Shown here piece by piece: positions 5,062 to 13,883 of a stretch of DNA of 28,931 nt. The position numbers and the translations under genes are program-made. Source of the stretch: a virus (Duplodnaviria; Caudoviricetes); IMG/VR virus record IMGVR_UViG_3300032218_002135, positions 1 to 28,931 of that record. One strand, written 5' to 3'. How positions within the stretch are numbered: position 1 is the first letter of the stretch; every line of letters begins with the position of its first letter. The notes under the pieces are model-generated. The model saw nothing but the letters and a program-made list of their open reading frames with translations, ran no database searches and was not told where the DNA came from.

Positions 5062-7164
5062 ATGAGACTTAGAGAACTGTTTTTTGAAAGCCCCGAGGGT
5101 AGCCGTGAAATCAACGAAATAGCCCAGGCCATTGTTGACTACTTTAGAGATAATAAGAATCTAGTACGTGCGGGCACGGAAGTAGATCTGGACAAGATAC
5201 CCGGTTTAATGAGCAGGGTTAGTCCCGGGTCAACCGGCGAACAACTTGCGGCCACTACTCGTGTGGTCATAGTCAATACCAAAGGCATGGCTGCAGATGA
5301 TCCCCGTAGAACTCCCGGTGGTTATGCCACTCCTAACGGTGTATTTGCCCCCGGGGATCATCAGGGTGTTAGTGCCACTAAAGAGCTACGTACCGTAGAT
5401 CCAGCAACTGGCCGTAGCGGCCTAGGCGAACTATATGGTAAAGGCTACAAGCATCAGTTGGGACTCAGCGCCGAGTGGTTAACTGGGCAAAAAAGTACTG
5501 CTAAAATTTCAGGGCATACATTTGTACACGAACTACAGCATCTAAGTGACGGACTAAGATCTAACGGTGCGGCCTTTCAAGCCTATAGAAAAATTCAGTA
5601 TAATGACCTAGCAACTCGACGTGCGGAAATAAACAAGAACTGGTCGGACGAAACACTAAAAGGCAATGTTGAAGCCAAGGCCAAATGGGAAGCTAGAGTT
5701 GCTCAGTTAGAAGCTGAGGCAGCAGAGTTCATTAAAACACTACCCGAGATCAATGCTCAACGAACAGCCGTGGGATTATCACCGGTAGGACCTGAAGATA
5801 ACTGGGCCGCTATTCAGCTTGATGCTGTCAAAAAAGGTGGTTGGAAAGATAGTCTTTACGGCTATAGAGACCCCAATATGAAGTTGATGGATCCTATTAC
5901 TGTAGAGCCCGAAAACTCTAAACGTCCTCCTAGGAAAGTTAAACCCAATCCTAATATGGCTACCGGTTGGGGCGACGCGCCTTATATGCGAAGTACTGAA
6001 GAAATCAATGCTCGTGTGGCAGTGGCCTTTGACCGAATCAACAAATGGATGACCACGGAAAAACCTTATATGGACATGTGGGACAGCCCCACCAAACCCT
6101 TGACCACTGCAGAACGTACTGCATTTAACTCTAGACTACGAGAAGTTGTTGACTGGGCATTTAAGATTGAACAAATTGATGATTATCTTAAACCTAAAAC
6201 AACAACACCTCCACCGGGTGTTGATCCCAAAGACTGGTACAAGGGAGAACCTGCTACCAGTTTGGGCAATACTGTGGAACAAAGCAAAAAAGAACTAGAG
6301 CGTCTTAAGAATCGTGCAGTGGTCATGGCCAACGCTGAAATAGCCCTTGAACCAGCTAAAAGAATATTAACTTCTAGAGAAGCCAACTTTGGTGAGCGTG
6401 TGGCCTTGGCCTTGATGGGTCGAGGAGACCTTAATGTTGAAATAGCCAAACAGGTTATTCTACCAGGTTGGAAGGATGTTGCGGCACATGTGGCCCGTCA
6501 ACCACTGCATGTTATAGCAGGTCGAGTAGTGGTACTTGCCGATAAAGAACTTGAACTGTTGATCATGAAGAAGATGCCCTATTATTTAAAAACAGGTCTT
6601 CTCAAGAGTATTCCGCTAGCAGGCTACGCTATATTGGCCTATCTAGTAGGTGAACGACTTGGCAAGGGAGATCCAACGGGTGCGGCCTTAGAGCTAGGTA
6701 CAGGGCTAGCCATGGGATCTGGTTGGGGTGCTATTGTGGCTACTATTCCAGGTATTGCAGTTATCATGGCTCGTGATCTTTACGGTGAAACTTTTAAGAA
6801 CCCCAACACTGATAAAATGGCCAAGTGGGAAGAAGACATGATATCCGATCCCCAAGGAACTAAAGAACGCATGTCTTATCTGTCTGACCTGATTGAAAAA
6901 CAAATGAAAGAAGGCATTGAACAGGCCAAACAAAGTTATGAAGCAGGCAAACAATCTGCAGAGCTTGACCGTAAGACCAACATGCCCATTACTGGCCGAC
7001 AGGGCGCACAAAATCAAAGAAACGTAGTGCGCAACTGGGACACGCCTGGTAATCCTGCACCCAGCGATAAAGAACGAAGACTTAATGTACCTGCTGGCGT
7101 ATTAACACCTCCTAAAGGGTATGCACCAACGCCAAACACTACTCCCGGATTTAGCGCCTACTGA
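5062..7164 (+). CDS. HEXXH zinc-metallopeptidase-like protein with hydrophobic C-terminal helices (700 aa; start revised to 5062), probable virion protein
   Basis: TFVHELQH motif and downstream YMRSTEEINAR; Gly/Ala-rich hydrophobic segment KSIPLAG...GDPTGAALE...IPGIAVIMARD; late box before MRLRELFFE. Confidence 0.7.
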   Translation: MRLRELFFESPEGSREINEIAQAIVDYFRDNKNLVRAGTEVDLDKIPGLMSRVSPGSTGEQLAATTRVVIVNTKGMAADDPRRTPGGYATPNGVFAPGDHQGVSATKELRTVDPATGRSGLGELYGKGYKHQLGLSAEWLTGQKSTAKISGHTFVHELQHLSDGLRSNGAAFQAYRKIQYNDLATRRAEINKNWSDETLKGNVEAKAKWEARVAQLEAEAAEFIKTLPEINAQRTAVGLSPVGPEDNWAAIQLDAVKKGGWKDSLYGYRDPNMKLMDPITVEPENSKRPPRKVKPNPNMATGWGDAPYMRSTEEINARVAVAFDRINKWMTTEKPYMDMWDSPTKPLTTAERTAFNSRLREVVDWAFKIEQIDDYLKPKTTTPPPGVDPKDWYKGEPATSLGNTVEQSKKELERLKNRAVVMANAEIALEPAKRILTSREANFGERVALALMGRGDLNVEIAKQVILPGWKDVAAHVARQPLHVIAGRVVVLADKELELLIMKKMPYYLKTGLLKSIPLAGYAILAYLVGERLGKGDPTGAALELGTGLAMGSGWGAIVATIPGIAVIMARDLYGETFKNPNTDKMAKWEEDMISDPQGTKERMSYLSDLIEKQMKEGIEQAKQSYEAGKQSAELDRKTNMPITGRQGAQNQRNVVRNWDTPGNPAPSDKERRLNVPAGVLTPPKGYAPTPNTTPGFSAY

Positions 7165-7174
7165 TAAGTAGTGT

Positions 7175-7783
7175 ATGTTTAAAAATATCGTAACCTTTAT
7201 CAACGGAATAGAAATAAATCAAGAGCCCGGAGTAATACCCATTGCTGCCGAAACGTGTGATTTCATGCATCACTTACGACACAATGTAGAATGGGCCACT
7301 TGTCTTGATCTTGGTTGTGGTACTGGAGTATTTGGTGTTACACTAGCCGAACCAGGTAAAAATGTACTTTGTACAGATATCAGCGATGCGGCACTTGCCT
7401 TAACTTTACGCAACGCAGAACACAATAAAAAAACTGTGGATGTTCTAAAAAGCAACTGGTATGAATCACTAGAAGGCGGCGTTTGGGATCTTATTATAAG
7501 TAATCCACCACATGCGCATACACTTGACTATGAGCAGGCCGATGACGAACTCAAAGCATGGGTACCGTTAGAAAGTATCGACGGTGGACAAAACGGTCTT
7601 GCTGGCATAGTTGCTGTTATGGAAGAAGCCGCTGATCATCTTAGCCCAACCGGCCACCTAGCTCTCATGTGTGACAGAGAGTTTTTAGATGGACTAGACG
7701 AGCTAGCAGAATGGGCTGGACTACGAATGGTCAATCAACAAATATCAGAAAATATGGCCATGTCCATATTCTGCAAAGTTTAA
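7175..7783 (+). CDS. prmC: HemK/PrmC-like SAM-dependent N-methyltransferase (202 aa)
   Basis: Motif I LDLGCGTG, TDIS, DLIISNPPH (NPPY-type), DGGQNGL; TAAGTA 4 nt upstream. Confidence 0.8.
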   Translation: MFKNIVTFINGIEINQEPGVIPIAAETCDFMHHLRHNVEWATCLDLGCGTGVFGVTLAEPGKNVLCTDISDAALALTLRNAEHNKKTVDVLKSNWYESLEGGVWDLIISNPPHAHTLDYEQADDELKAWVPLESIDGGQNGLAGIVAVMEEAADHLSPTGHLALMCDREFLDGLDELAEWAGLRMVNQQISENMAMSIFCKV

Positions 7784-8223
7784 TCTTTGCTGTAGTACTT
7801 GTAGTTTACGCTGGTTAGATTTTCGCGATGTACACTAGCGCCATTCTTTAAGTGAAAGCGCCGAGCCATAGAAGTTTGAGGGCTTAGTGTGACAATAGCC
7901 TTGATATCCTTGTATTCTTCAAGTAACCATTCGGCAGCCGACTTTAGCAAGTTTGCGCCTGCTCCCGGTGCATAACTCCAAATAGTGTAGAATACTGCTA
8001 CATCACGTGTTTTGCCCATACTGATTAAATCAGTTTCATCTTCAGGAATTTCGTTAAGCCATTGTAGGCAAGTGGCCGCTAGGATTTCTTCTCCTGCTTT
8101 AAGGATCAGTATTTCTGCCGCATCATTAATCCGCTGTTCCAAAGGGATATGCGGACGTACAGGGTCGTCTTTGATAACCTTGGCTAGTGGGTCGCTAATA
8201 TCGCGAACATGATGCAGTTCCAT
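7780..8223 (-). CDS. GNAT-fold-like hypothetical protein (147 aa)
   Basis: FYTIWSY..GAG..LL and ARRFHLKNG resemble GNAT motifs A/B; RBS AAGGAG. Confidence 0.55.
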   Translation of the reverse strand: MELHHVRDISDPLAKVIKDDPVRPHIPLEQRINDAAEILILKAGEEILAATCLQWLNEIPEDETDLISMGKTRDVAVFYTIWSYAPGAGANLLKSAAEWLLEEYKDIKAIVTLSPQTSMARRFHLKNGASVHRENLTSVNYKYYSKD

Positions 8224-8325
8224 AGGGGCTCCTTTTGTAGTATATTATAAACGTACTTATCTCTCAAAGTATTTTTTAGGGGTGTAACAGGTTTTATAAA
8301 TATAGTATAGCATCTACGCTAACAA

Positions 8326-9093
8326 ATGTCAAGGAAAAATATTGTTATGGCAACTATTAAACCAATGAGCGAACAGCTTAAGATGACCGAATGGAAACCT
8401 TATTATTACCAAAAGTCATCAACTCCTATTATACCAATGGGATTATCAACTTATCAAGATCAGCTTGATTTACTGGCACAACATGCCGTGGATAACAAGA
8501 ATCCCTTAAATCTCTTTTTGCCCGGGCAAAACTTCAGAGATGCCGCTATGGAATACCTATTTCCTTTAGACGAATGGTATCGTTGGCCTATACCATTTTG
8601 CTTTAGCTGGCCGCAATATAGAGAGAATAGTGAAGGCGGGGTTACATTATGGCGCATAGCCAAAGATTTTTGGTCTGACATAGAAAAAGCTAAACCTGGA
8701 CTACGTGTATTTGCCGCTGAACTATTTTTATTGCCTGCAGGTAAAAACACTGAACGTGTTGGCCATAATCCTGGAGGTCCTAGTACCTATACATGGTTTG
8801 TTGGCGGCGCTTGTAGATTACATATCCCGTTAATAACCAATAATGATGTTGTGTTTGACGTTGGCCCTGAATCTCAGCATTTAGAACAATATCGCGTGTA
8901 TGAAGTTAATAATAGAATGGTCCATCAGATTAGAAACGAAGGAACTACTGACCATGTGTACTTAAACATTGATCTTGTTCCCCAGGAAAACACCGATGAA
9001 CTTGAACAACGCTTACTATCACACCCTATAGTAAGAAAACTGCACGTAACTCAAAGTGCAGGATTCCCCGCAGTAACCACTGCATTCCTTTAA
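8326..9093 (+). CDS. Cupin / aspartyl-asparaginyl beta-hydroxylase-like protein (255 aa; alternative start 8347)
   Basis: RLHIPLITN...VYEVNNRMVHQIRNEG...YLNIDL signature; TATAAATA at 8295-8302. Confidence 0.75.
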   Translation: MSRKNIVMATIKPMSEQLKMTEWKPYYYQKSSTPIIPMGLSTYQDQLDLLAQHAVDNKNPLNLFLPGQNFRDAAMEYLFPLDEWYRWPIPFCFSWPQYRENSEGGVTLWRIAKDFWSDIEKAKPGLRVFAAELFLLPAGKNTERVGHNPGGPSTYTWFVGGACRLHIPLITNNDVVFDVGPESQHLEQYRVYEVNNRMVHQIRNEGTTDHVYLNIDLVPQENTDELEQRLLSHPIVRKLHVTQSAGFPAVTTAFL

Positions 9094-10535
9094 ACTAAAT
9101 CATCAGTTCCAATATTGCCCAGTAGTTGTCTTAGCTTGCTAGACTCTACTTGGGCGGTTACTTTTGGAACAGCCACACCCGCAGTTGGATTAATCTCGCC
9201 AGTTGTAGGATCTATTACCTTAACTTGGCTTCGTTGCTTAATGCTGTCAATCAAACTGTTTGTTGAACTCTTGCCTGGGCTAGAACTCCAACCGCCTTGA
9301 TCGTCTGCAATGTCGCTAATACGTAAACTTTCAATGTTAAAGTCAAGATCAATCTTTTGTCCCACACCGCTTGAGCTACGTGTCTTCATCAACTGTATTT
9401 GATATCGTCCATGTTCACGCATAGCACGGCTAGTAAAAATACCAAATACGTTGTCTGCTGTTTGAATCTTACTCAGTCCGCCTGAAATGTGACTGTGATC
9501 AAACTCAACTTCTTCAACAGCACCACGATTTAACTGTGCGGCAGTTACTAGCACACAACTCTTTTCAACTGCTAGGTTACGCAGTTCTTCTGATACATAT
9601 TTGTCTTTAATAAACAAATCTGCTGGACTGATCTTTTTACTAATAGGCATTAACAAGTCTAAGTAGTCAACTAGCAAAATATCTACTTTACGATCAGTTT
9701 TAATCTCATATTCTTTCAAGTAGCTTCTAACATCGTTTGCTGTCTTACCGCTGGGCATATACTTAACTTGATATGTACCAGATTTCTTACCAATCATCTT
9801 AACTTTCATTTCAACATCGTCAAGACTCTTAAAAATCTCTTTAGTTGGAATACCAGTCGTCATAGCATCCATACGCATACAAACAAGATCTTCGCTAAGT
9901 TCAAGTGTCAAGTATACTACATTTAAACCTTGTAGTGCCCAGTTAACACCTAGGTTTGCCAAGAACAAACTCTTACCTGCACCAGATCCTCCTGCAAAGA
10001 TATTCAACTCTCCACGGTTCATACCACCAAATAACTTGTCATCGATAGCTTTCCAGCCGGTACTAATCTGGCCGTTTTTATCTTTAATACGCATTAGTCT
10101 AGAACGCGGATCATCAAAGTAATCTGTGCCAAGATCTTTTTGTAAACCTACTTGTACAGCTTTCTTAATCTTATCTTCTACTGGACCGTATTCGCCCTTT
10201 TCCAATAGGTCTGCACTTTCAAGAATAGCACGTTCAAGACCTTTATGCCTAATAAATGTTTCAAAATCAGTTAGTAACCAATCATAATGTTCTTCTCTAA
10301 GTTCTGTAGGTATTTTAAAATCTGATCCGCATGCCGCATTAACAATGTCAACTGTGGGCATAACATTATGCTCTTCTACATAGGCATTAAGAAACTCTGC
10401 GCTTTGTTGTAGTTTTCGATCAAATAAACTATGATCAAAAATACTTTGGCAACGAACAAATGTTGCCGCATCAGAAATCATCATTTCTAAATATAATTTT
10501 TGGATATCGTATCCGTAGTCTGTGTTTTGTTTCAT
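9090..10535 (-). CDS. dnaB: Replicative DNA helicase (T4 gp41/DnaB-like)
   Basis: Walker A GGSGAGKS, TLEL, ILLVDYLDL, TAAQLNR, KTR. Confidence 0.93.
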   Translation of the reverse strand: MKQNTDYGYDIQKLYLEMMISDAATFVRCQSIFDHSLFDRKLQQSAEFLNAYVEEHNVMPTVDIVNAACGSDFKIPTELREEHYDWLLTDFETFIRHKGLERAILESADLLEKGEYGPVEDKIKKAVQVGLQKDLGTDYFDDPRSRLMRIKDKNGQISTGWKAIDDKLFGGMNRGELNIFAGGSGAGKSLFLANLGVNWALQGLNVVYLTLELSEDLVCMRMDAMTTGIPTKEIFKSLDDVEMKVKMIGKKSGTYQVKYMPSGKTANDVRSYLKEYEIKTDRKVDILLVDYLDLLMPISKKISPADLFIKDKYVSEELRNLAVEKSCVLVTAAQLNRGAVEEVEFDHSHISGGLSKIQTADNVFGIFTSRAMREHGRYQIQLMKTRSSSGVGQKIDLDFNIESLRISDIADDQGGWSSSPGKSSTNSLIDSIKQRSQVKVIDPTTGEINPTAGVAVPKVTAQVESSKLRQLLGNIGTDDLV

Positions 10536-10541
10536 CGTACT

Positions 10542-10570
10542 ATTATATATTCTTTATACTTTTATCTCAA
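10542..10570 (-). promoter_or_regulatory. sigma70 promoter of helicase (leaderless)
   Basis: TTGAGA, 17 bp, TATAAT, 6 nt, ATG 10535. Confidence 0.7.
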
Positions 10571-11504
10571 TGTGTTTGACAGGATCCCAGCGATAATCCC
10601 ATTCTCTTGTTTTAGTATGGTATAATACTGCACCTATACTACTACTGGAATCACCTGGATCAGGTAATGACCAAATATGATTCCACATTGGTTCAACTAC
10701 ATTTTTATTAGTTTGACTGTTCATAGCACAGCCACCCATATAGACCAAACAGTCAGCATTGGTTATTTTTTTAGCCAACTGCATAACTTTTTCAACTTCC
10801 ATTTCAAAACGTTCTTGTACTGCTGCCGCAAGATTGCATTGGTCTTGCACCGTCCAGCCACCTATACCCCAGTTTTGAACACCACAATGAAAGTTATAGG
10901 CTAGCTCAACTGTGCCTGTACCAAAGTAGTTGCCTACTTCTCTCCTAAACTTAGTAGGGTCGCCTAGTTCAGCCATCCTTTGCAATAGATATTCATCTCT
11001 AATGGGAGTTAGTCCTAACATCTGTGTGAAAGCACTATAAAATAAACCTAAACTATGTGGATAACTCCTTGACCACACTTTCTTCATTTCCCCGTGCTTG
11101 CCTTCCCATATAGTAGCGCATTCAAACTCGCCAATAGCATCAAGTACAACAATAGCACAATGATTAAAAGGACTGGTATAATAACCGGCAGCGGCATGAC
11201 TACCATGGTGCGGTGTGTAGTGCATCTTAACCCAGTTATATCTGTGGTCCTTGACCCATTTTTTAGGTAACACGTTCATGTTCATTGCTGTTTTATATTG
11301 ACCAGCATATACTTGTCTTGCCTTCTTAACCCACGGTCTCTCATACCAAAATATATCAGTAGGTGACCCTATATCAAGTGCTCGACGAACAATATTACCA
11401 GGGACATTATCTTCAGTTGATACTGAAAACTGTTGTAGTTTACTGTAGTTAAACACAGCCAAACTTGAGCCGTGGTTAAGAGCGTTTATTCCCCAGGCTA
11501 TCAT
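10554..11504 (-). CDS. Carbamoyltransferase N-terminal (Kae1-like, NodU/CmcH family) domain protein (316 aa)
   Basis: WGIN..NHGSS, HHGSHAAAGYYTSPF, VLDAIGE, SLGLFY, GGCAMN, PGDSSSSIGA; no C-terminal YrdC-like domain. Confidence 0.88.
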   Translation of the reverse strand: MIAWGINALNHGSSLAVFNYSKLQQFSVSTEDNVPGNIVRRALDIGSPTDIFWYERPWVKKARQVYAGQYKTAMNMNVLPKKWVKDHRYNWVKMHYTPHHGSHAAAGYYTSPFNHCAIVVLDAIGEFECATIWEGKHGEMKKVWSRSYPHSLGLFYSAFTQMLGLTPIRDEYLLQRMAELGDPTKFRREVGNYFGTGTVELAYNFHCGVQNWGIGGWTVQDQCNLAAAVQERFEMEVEKVMQLAKKITNADCLVYMGGCAMNSQTNKNVVEPMWNHIWSLPDPGDSSSSIGAVLYHTKTREWDYRWDPVKHIEIKV

Positions 11505-11620
11505 TTGTAAATAAACGGATCTTGTTTTCGCAGTTCTTCTAACCGTTTTTTATGTGCTTTCTTTTGTTGCCATCTGTGCCACGGCTGTAATAAAAAATCA
11601 AGTAGTCTTTTCATATTCAT
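11501..11620 (-). CDS. Small basic protein (39 aa, ...KKRLEELRKQDPFIYK; not in the ORF track)
   Basis: AAGG directly before ATG 11620 (spacing fits the in-frame ATG 11614 better); ATGA overlap with the carbamoyltransferase start; fills the primase-carbamoyltransferase gap. Confidence 0.65.
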   Translation of the reverse strand: MNMKRLLDFLLQPWHRWQQKKAHKKRLEELRKQDPFIYK

Positions 11621-12581
11621 CCTTAAACCAGGTTTTAGCCTTTAATCTTATTTTTAATGCATTGCTTTCTTTACTAGAAATAATTAGCCATAATGTAGCC
11701 AGTCGTCCAAGTTTTAAGACAGCATCATTAACATCTTTAACGCCCACAGGCCAATCAGGCATGCTGACTGACCATCCATATTCTATTGCTTGTTCTACTG
11801 TACGTGGGCCTTCGTGATCTCTGTCTGGAACTAACACTATTTCTTTGCCGAGCTGTTTTAACAACCAGTTTTGACTGTCCTTGATCTCAGCGCCAAGTAA
11901 GGCACATCCATCAATACTTATAGCATCAATCGGACCTTCACATACTATAACTACATCTCTATTGTTTTGTTGCCGATCAAGGTTAAACACATACCCTGGC
12001 TGTTGCTCACTAATATATTTAGGTTTAACATCATTTATGGCTCTAGCGGTATACCCTACACAGATATTGTCTTTGTAAAACGGTATAATAAGTCTATTAC
12101 TAAATCCTGTTTTAGGTGTCCAATGGAATGGATATTCGTCTGGGTATAGGTTCCGATTGACCATATACTCGAGAACAGGCAATAGTTTTTCTGGAGGATT
12201 GTTTAGATAGTTTGATATGAGATCGCTGTCTAACGGTAACTCTCTTTGATCAAACTTTGGAATAATAGACTGAACTGTACTAGCAGTACTGTCAGTTAAC
12301 TTAAGAGCTTCTAATCTAAGTTGACTAATAATATCATCACTGATATTAAGTTGGCGCATCAGCTTGTTCATTTTTTGACTGATAGTCCGACCAGGTTGCC
12401 AACTGGCTTTGAAACCACAGTTAAAACAATGATAGCTTACTGCATCGCCACCATTAATAATAAAGCCGCCACGCTGTCTTTTATCATCACAGCAAGGTGC
12501 GTTAAAACTTATCCAACCACTTGGAGTATGTTTTTTCTTAGCGGGTAAGTATGCTAGTAATGTATCTGCTATGAGGCTCAT
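11598..12581 (-). CDS. dnaG: DNA primase (T4 gp61/DnaG-like)
   Basis: N-terminal Zn ligands (CC...HCFNC), TOPRIM CEGPIDA, DRD, KDVND. Confidence 0.9.
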   Translation of the reverse strand: MSLIADTLLAYLPAKKKHTPSGWISFNAPCCDDKRQRGGFIINGGDAVSYHCFNCGFKASWQPGRTISQKMNKLMRQLNISDDIISQLRLEALKLTDSTASTVQSIIPKFDQRELPLDSDLISNYLNNPPEKLLPVLEYMVNRNLYPDEYPFHWTPKTGFSNRLIIPFYKDNICVGYTARAINDVKPKYISEQQPGYVFNLDRQQNNRDVVIVCEGPIDAISIDGCALLGAEIKDSQNWLLKQLGKEIVLVPDRDHEGPRTVEQAIEYGWSVSMPDWPVGVKDVNDAVLKLGRLATLWLIISSKESNALKIRLKAKTWFKDEYEKTT

Positions 12582-12586
12582 GCCTT

Positions 12587-12615
12587 ATTATAACAGACTA
12601 AATGGCAAAGGTCAA
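12587..12615 (-). promoter_or_regulatory. sigma70 promoter of primase (leaderless)
   Basis: TTGACC, 17 bp, TATAAT, 5 nt, ATG 12581. Confidence 0.8.
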
Positions 12616-12622
12616 CCTTTAA

Positions 12623-13483
12623 TTAACACTCTTCGCCTGGACCAATATCGGCTGTAATCTTAACTACCTTGCCGGCTAGGCCGTCTGGGTTAGTCGGGGA
12701 TACACGGTGTTGATCGCTGTTTTCCCAGCTTACTCGAAAATACTGATAGTCGCCCACAGTTAATGGATGAAAATGTACTGTGGTAGTTGTTGCTTCTGTA
12801 TAGGTAAACTCCATAATCTTTGGAGCATTTTTAAAAGACTCAACTGAAATAGTACCTGACTTTGCACCTTGAATATAAATGGTTCCAATAAAATCTTCGA
12901 TAAATGCATGAACATTCATTTCTGTTGTTGGGACAGCTTCATAGAACGTAGTAGGTATAGCAGGACTACGACTAATAACTCTACCATTTAAATCAATCTC
13001 GCCTGTGGAAGTAGTGTATACTTGTGTGGGCTTAATAGTTGGCATGGCATTTCCGACTATTTCCATTTTGCCAACTACTCCAAATCTGCTGTCTGCATAC
13101 AGTGGAATATTTGCAGTTTCTTTCATGGCTGTTACAGTATAATTTAAAAACTGGTGTCCTAAATCTGCAAGATCTGCACTAGGAATCGTAACAGTTGCTA
13201 TACCTTTAACAGTAATACTTGGTTCAACGGTATACGGACTATTAGGCAATGCATTACCCTGTGCATCCATAACGGTTAACATGATATCAGTTATTGCCGG
13301 CGTGCCTGTTAAATCTAATCGTTTTTGATCAGCATTTTTAATATCAAACTCAATGACATTGTCCACGCCTTTATATATTTTTACATTTCTCTGATACACG
13401 TTAGTATACTCCACGTTGATGCCTGCCAAATCAGCTAATAGCTCGATTCTATTTGGATATAAATATGTTGAGATTTTTTGCAT
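12623..13483 (-). CDS. Hypothetical beta-rich protein, probable virion component (286 aa)
   Basis: Long ORF with T/V/I-rich beta-strand patterning; TAAATA at 13509-13504 upstream. Confidence 0.7.
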   Translation of the reverse strand: MQKISTYLYPNRIELLADLAGINVEYTNVYQRNVKIYKGVDNVIEFDIKNADQKRLDLTGTPAITDIMLTVMDAQGNALPNSPYTVEPSITVKGIATVTIPSADLADLGHQFLNYTVTAMKETANIPLYADSRFGVVGKMEIVGNAMPTIKPTQVYTTSTGEIDLNGRVISRSPAIPTTFYEAVPTTEMNVHAFIEDFIGTIYIQGAKSGTISVESFKNAPKIMEFTYTEATTTTVHFHPLTVGDYQYFRVSWENSDQHRVSPTNPDGLAGKVVKITADIGPGEEC

Positions 13484-13508
13484 ACCTGGCAGGACCTTTT
13501 ATATATTT

Positions 13509-13883
13509 ATGGCAAAACTAAGAGATAACATCGAAGAAAAACTACCCTTTATATCTGTCCTAAACTACGGAGATGATGAGTTTGTGGGCATCATTATTAA
13601 TCAAGATCAGTTTGTAACTAGTTTTTATGATTTAAACTCGATAAAAACACAAGAAGAAAAAGCTATCTTTTTAGAAATAGGTGAAACTTGGTGGTGGGAA
13701 TCAAACCGCCAATTTCCTATTAATATTTTCTGTAGAGATCAGATACAACCGTTTCATTATGCTATTAAAACTTTTAACAGCAAGGATGTTAAGGTAATAC
13801 TGGGCCCGGTTGTTAACCTAATGAACTTAACTCTTAAACGAGTAAAAAGAAAGAGTGTTCAACTGGTTAGAAAAGTTAGGTAA
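13509..13883 (+). CDS. Hypothetical protein (124 aa; start revised to 13509)
   Basis: MAKLRDNIEE start avoids overlap with the divergent gene; WWWESNR motif; TATAAATA at 13458-13465. Confidence 0.75.
   Translation: MAKLRDNIEEKLPFISVLNYGDDEFVGIIINQDQFVTSFYDLNSIKTQEEKAIFLEIGETWWWESNRQFPINIFCRDQIQPFHYAIKTFNSKDVKVILGPVVNLMNLTLKRVKRKSVQLVRKVR

Noticed and set aside
7175-7783. Stop-codon reassignment suggested by a phage PrmC
   Set aside because: Core genes are full-length in the standard code, and TAA, TGA and TAG all occur as apparent stops
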